A stretch of DNA of 64,000 nucleotides. Source: a virus (taxonomy: Duplodnaviria; Caudoviricetes). Shown one piece after another: positions 38,191-46,175 of the stretch. Made by a program: the position numbers and the translations under genes. The notes beneath the pieces are model-generated. The model was not told where the DNA came from. It made no database searches and saw only the letters and a program-made list of their open reading frames with translations. The stretch lies in IMG/VR virus record IMGVR_UViG_3300033463_000086, positions 12,349-76,348 of that record; one strand, written 5' to 3'. How positions within the stretch are numbered: the stretch's first letter is position 1; the number at the start of each line of letters is the position of its first letter.

Positions 38191-38469
38191 TTAGATGTTG
38201 AAGAAACGCTCCATCGGGTCGAAGCCATAGTAATCTTCGACATACGAATCAGCAATTTCAGGTTCTTTCTGAATGTTCTTAACGAACTCAACAGCCTCAT
38301 CTATGGTGTTAAAGTAGTGTTGCCGTAATTCAATGTCATGGTCGTTGCAGGTGATATAAATGGAGTAAGAGAGTTCAGGGTCAAGTTCATAAATCTCAAA
38401 CTCTGCACCATTTTTAGTGATTGTCTTGACGAGTTTCATAATAACTCCAAAAGTAAAGCCCTGCCGCAT
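38191..38469 (-). CDS. Hypothetical early protein (true start probably MKLVKT)
   Basis: GGAG RBS. Confidence 0.6.
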   Translation of the reverse strand: MRQGFTFGVIMKLVKTITKNGAEFEIYELDPELSYSIYITCNDHDIELRQHYFNTIDEAVEFVKNIQKEPEIADSYVEDYYGFDPMERFFNI

Positions 38470-38485
38470 TTCTTTGGCAGGGCTT
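38456..38485. terminator. 10-bp hairpin (terminator or processing site)
   Basis: AAGCCCTGCC-N10-GGCAGGGCTT. Confidence 0.45.
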
Positions 38486-38504
38486 GTGTGGTTGTTTGAA
38501 TGAC

Positions 38505-38690
38505 TTACTCGTTACGCCATTCATCGAACTTGAAGTCGGGGTTCGCATCGCGTACAAGGTGCGACTCGTCCCACGCATTCTGAAGCCGATTGCGGAGGTC
38601 ATTCATGTTGATGGATTCGAGAAACTCCATCACATCGCAAACGGTCTGTTCTGCGTTTCTCATGGTTTCTTTGACGGTTTTGTTGCCCAT
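38505..38690 (-). CDS. Hypothetical early protein
   Basis: AAAGG RBS; first ORF after the long leader. Confidence 0.65.
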   Translation of the reverse strand: MGNKTVKETMRNAEQTVCDVMEFLESINMNDLRNRLQNAWDESHLVRDANPDFKFDEWRNE

Positions 38691-38719
38691 TTTAGTACCT
38701 TTCCTGTTTGGTGTTTATG

Positions 38720-39395
38720 GACTGATTAGAATGCACCGGATTGTGCATTCTTGACAATCTACAAACCCCCGTAGGGAATGGCGTATAGGGCTTATCTGCC
38801 GCAGCATGCTTATCTATACGCCATTGTTGTTGCAATATTTAGGACTCAATATTGCCATTCGTTAATCTATAGGGCGGAAGTATCATTGAATAATTATTAC
38901 GTTTTGATTTTAAGTTTATTGAATAATTTATCTTTGATACATTTTAATTTTTGTCGCTATTGTCAATCATAGCGGAGAATTAGGACTTATTCATCGGGGT
39001 TTGTGCCGAAAGTAATGGGCTGCCTTTCTCAATGCCGCTGATATTGTTGTATATCACCCATTCTCTCCTACTTTGCATCGCTTATTAGTGTAGTTTCTAT
39101 GCCCGTGTTCGCGTGTAAGTATTCTTGCATTTAACTATATTTCTCACTGACCGTATGCCAAAAGGTCTGCGATAGCATTTTGGACTTATGCCTTATCGCA
39201 GAGATAGGACAGAGTACATTCCATCACTATTCTGCTTTATGGGCTGACGGCTAACCCCCTACCGAAATGCAAGACCGTAGTCCTATTGCATACCGTAGTA
39301 TACTGCATTCGGAAATCGGGTATTACATAGGAATCCCCGTCAACCGAATGTCAAAGAACACCACCTGGGCGGCGAATGAACGCCCCGTCCCACAG
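38720..39395 (-). ncRNA. Candidate structured leader / ncRNA
   Basis: No ORF of gene size; at least 7 hairpins; starts just below promoter 39401-39433. Confidence 0.45.
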
Positions 39396-39400
39396 GATAC

Positions 39401-39603
39401 TATAATATAGCACTTCATTAGCCAAAGTCAAGCCCTCATTTTGACAATTTTCCGAATGTTTTTGAAATTTTTTATCGAAAGTTATCATTGTTACTTAACG
39501 TAAATGCTTAACGTATCTTTAACGTTACCTGTCTTCATAAATAAGGTATAGCACGTCATAATCAAAAGTCAAGCCCTCATTTTGACAATTTTCCGAATGT
39601 TTT
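39401..39603 (-). promoter_or_regulatory. Tandem early promoters sharing a 39-bp duplicated -35/UP block
   Basis: aaagtcaagccctcattttgacaattttccgaatgtttt at 39424-39462 and 39565-39603. Confidence 0.7.
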
Positions 39604-39720
39604 ACCCTATACGGAATCTTATCTACATTTGCGGTAAAACTCAAGCATTATCCGTATCGGCAGTGCATTAGTTATCCGCATTTGTATGAAGATTGTGTAT
39701 ATGTAAAGTTATCCTGATTA

Positions 39721-39780
39721 TACCCTATCGGGACTATTTTAGCCATTTTATCCGATTTTATACCCTATCGGGACTATTTT
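39721..39780. repeat. 20-bp direct repeat
   Basis: TACCCTATCGGGACTATTTT at 39721 and 39761. Confidence 0.9.
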
Positions 39781-39838
39781 ATCTATGGTCTAACATTAAT
39801 CATATGGTTGTTAATGACGGTTTATCGAATGTAATAAA

Positions 39839-40179
39839 AAGTTAGTCCAGCCTAAGTCATTCAAAGCGCCACTATTAGAGTTTACATTTGTTTTTTACTC
39901 GTTTTTAATGATAGGTGTGTTGGTGTAATAGTGATGCGGTGTACTATAACAGTAATACACCTATGGTATAAATTTAATTAATACTGAGTGTCATTTTGGT
40001 GGCAGTTTGTATTTATGGTGGCACTGTGTCATTATAAAAACAGGGTGTAAGTGTTCTCCGCCCGACACCAGCATTTCATAACTTAGGCTGGACTAACTTA
40101 TGTAAATAACTGACACTCAAATATTTACAACTTACATAACAATAAATACACATAAATGACTTAGGCTCAACTAACTTTT
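39839..40179. repeat. 19-bp inverted repeat plus a third imperfect copy
   Basis: AAGTTAGTCCAGCCTAAGT 39839-39857; reverse complement 40081-40099; 21/23 copy 40157-40179. Confidence 0.85.
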
Positions 40180-40600
40180 GAAGTATGTTATGTTTGAATA
40201 TACCGACAAAGGCATAATCATAAAATGAAATGCAACGACGAATGAAATGCCAGCCCTCATTTATAACAATATTATATAGTGTGCTAAACTGTTGCCTATG
40301 CCGATGGTTATAACGATGAACATTCTCAATTCCATTCAATGAAATGTCACCATTATTATCTCATCCACATAACGACAACGACAACGATGAAGATGAACAT
40401 TGAAAACGATAGCGAATGAAATGCCAATGCCGACGTTTACATTCCATAACGACAAAGACAACGATGAAGATGCCGACAGATAAAGCCATACCGACGATTA
40501 TGCCGATGACTATATACATTCACATTCGTTCGTATGACCTAATAGTTCGTTCATAAAAATATCTTTAATAGAAAAATAATAATTTGCAAAAAGGCGGCAA

Positions 40601-40632
40601 AAAATAAAAAGGCCGCCGCGAGAGCGGCGGCC
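40601..40632 (-). terminator. Intrinsic terminator
   Basis: GGCCGCCGC-TCTC-GCGGCGGCC followed by TTTTTATTTT on the minus strand. Confidence 0.8.
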
Positions 40633-40644
40633 TTGTCGGCCTTG

Positions 40645-40908
40645 TTAGAGCTGGCCTTTTGTCAATCTCGGCAAGATTGTATTTTCAAAGATAAAGCTCG
40701 CAATCTCGGCGGCTAAATTGTCGGCCTCGGCTTCGGCCTCAGTTTTTGCCGCTTCGGCCTCGGCTTCGGCTATCGCCTCGGCTTCGGCCTTTGACAAAAG
40801 ATAGATAGTTAAATCTAACTCTTGTTTCAACTCTTCGAGCTTATCTTCGAGCTTGTCTTTGTGACGTCTAAGAGTAGAGATTCTTTGTGATAACTTGTCG
40901 TTTTTCAC
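40645..40908 (-). CDS. Coiled-coil protein with EAEA repeats, GTG start
   Basis: AAAGGA RBS, GTG start, no internal Met. Confidence 0.65.
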   Translation of the reverse strand: MKNDKLSQRISTLRRHKDKLEDKLEELKQELDLTIYLLSKAEAEAIAEAEAEAAKTEAEAEADNLAAEIASFIFENTILPRLTKGQL

Positions 40909-40945
40909 TTTTGTTTTTCCTTTGTTTTAAGTTGTTTGTTTTTGT

Positions 40946-41720
40946 GCTATTGTGCTTTATTGTGCCGCTTGTCGGTTAGGTTTTTTGTTTGTTGTTGTTT
41001 GTTGTTGGAGTTGTTTACTTTGCGGCGGCCTTTTCGGCCTTGTCGGCGGCTTCGGCGGCCTTTTCAATAGCCGCTTTTAAGCTGTTGTTGTATTTTTCTA
41101 TTGTTGCGGCTTCGGAGAGCGGCACAATAACAACAGCAAAGCCGAGGAGGCGGAGAATAAGAATAAACCTTTTCCAGTAGCCGTACTGACCGCAACTTGT
41201 TGCACCTGAGTCGATAAGCTGTTTTTGTGTATAGTCAACAGCGAGGGCCGAAGAGAGAGCAACTGCGGCTTGCCGCAAGTCGTTTTTTGTGACTTGTTTG
41301 TCTTTTGCGGCCTTTTCGGCCTTGTCGGCTTCGGCCTTTGTGCCTTCAGAAGCTTTCTTTGCGGCTTCGGCCTTTGCCTTTGCTTCGGCGGCGGCTTTGT
41401 CGGCCTTTGCGGCTTCGGCCTTTGCGGCCTTTGCGGCTTCGGCGGCTTTGCTTGCCTTGTCAATCTTACCGCTTGAGAGCAACTCAAGAGCGGCGGCGGC
41501 CTTGTCGGCGGCTTCGGCCTTTGCGGCTTCGGCCTTGACTTCGGCGGCCTTTGCTACTAACTCAAGAGCGGCGGCGGCCTTGTCGGCTTCGGCGGCCTTT
41601 GCTTTGAGCTTTTCGAGAGCGGAGAGCGGAGAGAGAGAACGAACGAACGAAAAGATTGTTTCAAACGTAATCACTTTTTGACTGCACTTTCTAACAAGCG
41701 GCACAATAAAGCACAATAGC
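40946..41720. repeat. Perfect 27-bp inverted repeat pair enclosing an ORF
   Basis: GCTATTGTGCTTTATTGTGCCGCTTGT 40946-40972 and exact reverse complement 41694-41720. Confidence 0.92.
41015..41674 (-). CDS. Ala/Lys/Glu-rich repetitive protein (histone H1/TolA-like composition); start uncertain (GTG 41674 or upstream)
   Basis: AAEADKAAAALEL repeats; open frame over 650 nt; no Met codon. Confidence 0.55.
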   Translation of the reverse strand: MITFETIFSFVRSLSPLSALEKLKAKAAEADKAAAALELVAKAAEVKAEAAKAEAADKAAAALELLSSGKIDKASKAAEAAKAAKAEAAKADKAAAEAKAKAEAAKKASEGTKAEADKAEKAAKDKQVTKNDLRQAAVALSSALAVDYTQKQLIDSGATSCGQYGYWKRFILILRLLGFAVVIVPLSEAATIEKYNNSLKAAIEKAAEAADKAEKAAAK

Positions 41721-42238
41721 GAGAGAGTTGTATATTTTTCAAAGAGCAACAGCCGAAAAACAAGCGGCTTCACAAAAGAAAAGATTTTTAGAGTTATTTT
41801 ATACAGTTTTTATTGAATAAATTATAACGTTTACACAATACACTATAAATAAGCACGTTACAGAATACAGCAATAAACTAATAGTTCGGCATTCCTAATT
41901 ACTTTGCCGCAAAGAAAAAGTCTTAACCTATTGATAATCAAAGAGTTGCACCAAATTAGATTTAGTAAGGCGGCTGGGACCCTATAGAGTACCTCACACA
42001 TACAATCCACATTTTCAAAACCCATCAATAAAATCACTTACTGCAATTCCCTATAAATAAGTAAATTACAGTATAGGATTATTTGCACCAGTTTATAAAT
42101 CAAGGATATATGTATTAAACTGTCAAAGAACAAAACAAATTGACTTATGACAAAACGCTACTGAGAACTTTGCAATAATGAGCGTAAAGTTTGCATTATC
42201 GTCTACACTTATTGATATTTATAGACACTTTGGCGCAT

Positions 42239-42339
42239 AACTGGTACGAAAAATGTGCCAAATAACTGCAAAACTGGTTGGAAAAATGTGCCAAAGTGCC
42301 ATTTAAGGGTAATATTTGCACTTTGGATTGCACTTTGGA
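42239..42339. repeat. Iteron-like direct and inverted repeats
   Basis: GAAAAATGTGCCAAA x2 (33-bp period, each preceded by AACTGGT); TTGCACTTTGGA x2 tandem; CCAAAGTGC/GCACTTTGG inverted. Confidence 0.8.
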
Positions 42340-42609
42340 ATACTTGCTTCAAATACATCAAATATGACGCAATTCTTTATAAAATACGCTCGAAAATGCT
42401 ATATTTGATTGATTGTACGTTTGAAATTTAGTTGACATGTTGACCTAATTTCTAACAAAACAGCTATAATGATATAAAATTATGCACACAGAGGTAATGA
42501 CAACCATATGATTAATGTCTGTTTTTGGATTAATGTCTGTATAATAAAAAGACACGTACAGAAGCGGCAACTAATGTACGTGTCAAAGCAGAGGAGCCAA
42601 GATATGCGA

Positions 42610-42813
42610 TTAAGAATGTTTTTGTTTCAGTTCATAAAGAAGAATGGTATATGCGATAATTTCTTCAATGTACTTATATAGCCAGCGTTTATCGTCATCA
42701 TCAAGTTCAAATGGAATACGATTTATGAGTAATTTCTTTTTGAGTAGGTGGTTTTCATGTTTAAGTCGTGTGTTTTCTTGAATGTAGTATTGTTCATTCA
42801 TAGCTAATCTCAA
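42610..42813 (-). CDS. Hypothetical protein (true start probably MNEQYY)
   Basis: ORF coupled to the polymerase-like gene. Confidence 0.5.
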   Translation of the reverse strand: MRLAMNEQYYIQENTRLKHENHLLKKKLLINRIPFELDDDDKRWLYKYIEEIIAYTILLYELKQKHS

Positions 42814-44023
42814 TGTTATGGCGTGTAAGATTATGGTAGCAGTTTCTCATAAGGGTAATGACAGAGCTAACATCGGATTCACGGCAAATACAGGAATCGT
42901 GGACAGGAATGATTGGGATATTAATTGATTTGGCAAGTTCAAGGATAGAAAGCATCAGTTCGGAATCGGCGTTTTGAAGTCTGAGACCAAAGTTATCGTC
43001 AGCAAAGAAATGTTCACGGATAGCAGAATGACGTTCAAGCATTTTGGATATAGCAAGTTCAACATCAAGGTAGTTGTATTTGTTTTTGACGTAAGGATTT
43101 TCAAGGATGGCGTTAATGGCTTGATTTCGTGTTGTGCAGTTAAGAGAGATAAGGATGACCTTCTTGGCAAACTTACGGTCCGGTACGAAGTCATAAGCAT
43201 CGCCAACAAGTTCTTTTCCGTTAAGGTTATAGGCAAGATTGATATGGAGGCAGTGGAAATCCGGTTCGACTGTTGCTTCTCCGTTGATTTCTATGGTCTT
43301 GCGTTCAGATTTTTTGAGGGTCTGATATGTAAAACCGTTGCCATCAGTACAGGTAGCATACAATCTTCCACCATGTTCCCAATCCTCAGTATAGACAGAT
43401 TGAAGGTTGATGCGGAGGCGTTTCTTTTCGTTGTTCTTAATGCAGGTAACAAGGACAGAATCAGAGTAATAAGCGTTCAGGGATTCAATAGAGTGTTTTT
43501 TCGCTAAGATGTTGGTAGGTAAAGAGTTAAAATCAAGTTTAATGTCGTGTTTGTTCTTTTTAAGGCGTATGGTATTGGTGTGTTTGGTGTTGAAAATGTG
43601 TTTATGAGCTTTGTTCTTGGTATTGAAAATGAAAGTTAAGGCTTCAGTGGCAAAATATCTGGAACGGTAATTGTTTACATTGGAAATCAAGTCTTTATGC
43701 CCCTTGATTTCTTTAAGATAGCCACGATTGACAAGGAAATCAAGGACTGCATTGAGCTTGCGGACCGAGATTTTCTGTTCCTTTAAGGTGGTTGTCTTGT
43801 TGTATGCCGCCCAAACGTGACAATCTCTGGACACGTAGAAGCCAGTCCCGCACATTGACGTATAAAGAGCGTTGCACAGAACCATTGTAAGGTACTTCTT
43901 GGCGTCAACAGTATTAATTTCCTTGGCAAACCCATCAATAAGTGGTTCGACTTCCGGGAAATTGAGTTCTGCGATAACGTCAATCGGTTTGGCTTGTCTG
44001 ATTTGAGTTGTTTTCGTGTCCAT
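42794..44023 (-). CDS. Stand-alone superfamily-A polymerase-like protein (TV-Pol-like) with N-terminal winged-helix-like region
   Basis: GGRLY, motif A EPDFHCLH, motif B RKFAK, GLRLQNADS, motif C PVHDS; no exonuclease. Confidence 0.72.
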   Translation of the reverse strand: MDTKTTQIRQAKPIDVIAELNFPEVEPLIDGFAKEINTVDAKKYLTMVLCNALYTSMCGTGFYVSRDCHVWAAYNKTTTLKEQKISVRKLNAVLDFLVNRGYLKEIKGHKDLISNVNNYRSRYFATEALTFIFNTKNKAHKHIFNTKHTNTIRLKKNKHDIKLDFNSLPTNILAKKHSIESLNAYYSDSVLVTCIKNNEKKRLRINLQSVYTEDWEHGGRLYATCTDGNGFTYQTLKKSERKTIEINGEATVEPDFHCLHINLAYNLNGKELVGDAYDFVPDRKFAKKVILISLNCTTRNQAINAILENPYVKNKYNYLDVELAISKMLERHSAIREHFFADDNFGLRLQNADSELMLSILELAKSINIPIIPVHDSCICRESDVSSVITLMRNCYHNLTRHNIEISYE

Positions 44024-44051
44024 AGGTTGCCTTTTTGTGTTTTACGAGATA

Positions 44052-44172
44052 TAATATAGCACCGTTTCCGAAAAAGTCAAGCGAAAAAGCAACATTTCTA
44101 CAAACTTTTTTCGATTTTCTTTTTCTTGATTTGGTGTAGTATCTAATATAGCACAGAATCTCCAAAAGTCAA
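44052..44172 (-). promoter_or_regulatory. Two tandem promoters for the TV-Pol-like gene
   Basis: TTGACT...TGCTATATT at 44052-44083 and 44145-44172. Confidence 0.65.
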
Positions 44173-44451
44173 ATCTAAATCAAAGAAATAAATTAGAATA
44201 TTTGATATATAATTGTCGAATCCTACATATACTATTTACCATATACGCACTACAAGTCACAACCTCTTCATTCTCAGCTACTTACAAAAACACCCTCAAT
44301 TTCTGCTTATTTTACCTATTTACATTGATTTATGAGCAGGTTTTAGACGCATAGATATTACCGTTCGGGCATATTTTCGGTTTTCATTCGGTAAAATTTC
44401 AAAAATGTTACCGTTCGGGAATAAAAAATAAAAATCGAAAAAAGTTATAAA

Positions 44452-44495
44452 TATGTTACTTTTTTGCTTGACTATTTGGTTATTGGTGTTATAAT
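44452..44495 (+). promoter_or_regulatory. Late-class promoter of the terL operon
   Basis: TATGTTACTTTT-N4-TTGACT-N16-TATAAT. Confidence 0.6.
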
Positions 44496-44521
44496 ATGTG
44501 TTGACTTACTATAGGAGGACT

Positions 44522-44875
44522 ATGCAAAACATACCAATCGAGTTGAACAGACACTATCGGCATGATGAGATTTCCATACAGTGCGGCGAATCTGCATACA
44601 CTTTGGCATTAGAAAACCAAGATGATATTCGCAGACGGTTTGTTCGTAATGAAAACGTCCACTGGTATGTAACTGCAAAGCGTCGTGGGAAAACTACATT
44701 GAGTTATATCGTTGTTCATAAGAAAGACATAACAACTTCTCAGAATGCAGCGAAGCGTACTATCTTTATGAGTTATGAAGAAGCACGTGAAATTGCTAAC
44801 GAACTTATGCACTCTGAAATGTTTTATGCGGTAAATATTGTCGAATGCTATGACAGGGTGGGTGTATGCCTCTAA
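44522..44875 (+). CDS. Hypothetical protein
   Basis: AGGAGG RBS; overlaps terL start. Confidence 0.7.
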   Translation: MQNIPIELNRHYRHDEISIQCGESAYTLALENQDDIRRRFVRNENVHWYVTAKRRGKTTLSYIVVHKKDITTSQNAAKRTIFMSYEEAREIANELMHSEMFYAVNIVECYDRVGVCL

Positions 44876-46164
44876 AACTGACAGAAAAACAAAAATATGG
44901 CATGAAATTGCTGAATGACCCTAAATACACGAGAATTGCGTTTACTGGTGGTTCTCGTGCTGGTAAGTCTGTTGCATTTATGGAATTTCTGATGCAGAGA
45001 GCATTTCAATTCCCCGGTTCCAGACAACTCATATGCCGCAGAGCCTTGGTTGATGCAAGACGAGCTATTTGGGAAGACACCTTGAAGAAATACTTGACGG
45101 ACCAGATACCGGAATCAGAATATACGTTAATGAAATCTGAAATGAGAGTGGTATTCAAGAATGGGTCCACGATTGAGTTGGGTGGTTTGGATGGCGAGGA
45201 CCAGTTGCAGAAAATACTTGGTACTGAGTATCTTACAATATGGCTGAATGAAGCTACTGAAATGAGGTTTGAGGCTGTTACGATTCTGATTACTCGTCTG
45301 GCTCAATCCGTAAAGGACACCACAGGCACGTTTACAGGGATAAATAAGCTGATTGCTGACGCTAACCCCTCTTCCCCTCGTAATTGGGTCAAAAAGTGGT
45401 TTATTGACAACGTAGACCCCACCACAAGACCGCCAAAGAAGCTGAAAGACGCAGATAAGTTCGTTCACCTGCACTTTACCCCCTACGATAACGCTGAAAA
45501 CCTACCTCCGGGATATATCGAACAGCTTGACGCACTTCCTTACGAGATGCGTGAAAGAATGCTCAAAGGTAACTGGATTGGTGGTGAAGGTCAGATATTC
45601 AAAGAGTTCAATGCGGAGAAACACTTGATTGCTCCGTTTGAAATACCGAAAACATGGGAAAAGGTGAGAGCCATTGACTTTGGTTATAATCACCCTTGCG
45701 CCATTTTATATACGGCTTACGATTATTCAACAGATACTATATATGTATATGATGAATATAAGGAATCCGGTAAGACGATTGATGAGATTGCAAATTACAT
45801 GAACAGCGTGGAGCAGAAGAGGCACGAGTTCTATGATTGCACGTGGTCAGACCATGACAAATCAGACCGCGCTTTCTTGGCAAAACATGATATTGTCACA
45901 AGGGCGGCGAAAAAGTCTGTTCTGGACGGTATCAATGCAGTACGTCAGCGTCTTTCTGAGATAAGCCCCAAGACACACAAACCTAAACTGCTCATATTCA
46001 ACAACTTAGATGCCCTGATTGACGAAATGTACAGTTATGAATGGCATCAGTCCGAATCGGAGGTTATGGATAAGGACGCACCAGTCAAAATCAATGACGA
46101 CCTTGTTGATACATTGAGATATATTGTTTATGGTAGAGATAAAGACAACGGAATTTCATTATAA
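44866..46164 (+). CDS. terL: Terminase large subunit (PBSX-like)
   Basis: TGGSRAGKS, WLNEATE, IDFGYNHP, DDLVDTLRY. Confidence 0.95.
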   Translation: MPLKLTEKQKYGMKLLNDPKYTRIAFTGGSRAGKSVAFMEFLMQRAFQFPGSRQLICRRALVDARRAIWEDTLKKYLTDQIPESEYTLMKSEMRVVFKNGSTIELGGLDGEDQLQKILGTEYLTIWLNEATEMRFEAVTILITRLAQSVKDTTGTFTGINKLIADANPSSPRNWVKKWFIDNVDPTTRPPKKLKDADKFVHLHFTPYDNAENLPPGYIEQLDALPYEMRERMLKGNWIGGEGQIFKEFNAEKHLIAPFEIPKTWEKVRAIDFGYNHPCAILYTAYDYSTDTIYVYDEYKESGKTIDEIANYMNSVEQKRHEFYDCTWSDHDKSDRAFLAKHDIVTRAAKKSVLDGINAVRQRLSEISPKTHKPKLLIFNNLDALIDEMYSYEWHQSESEVMDKDAPVKINDDLVDTLRYIVYGRDKDNGISL

Positions 46165-46175
46165 GGAATTTGAAT

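Noticed and set aside
41098-41681. Several alternative-frame ORFs (Pro/Arg-rich, Gly/Phe/Cys-rich, Ala/Ser-rich)
   Set aside because: By-products of the low-complexity Ala/Lys repeat DNA
40946-41720. Insertion sequence or MITE interpretation of the 27-bp inverted repeat
   Set aside because: The enclosed ORF has no transposase motifs and there is no target-site duplication; kept as a finding under other hypotheses
39400-42560. Possible CRISPR array or mini-array among the repeats
   Set aside because: No repeat occurs three or more times at regular 30-40-bp spacing with unique spacers; no cas genes
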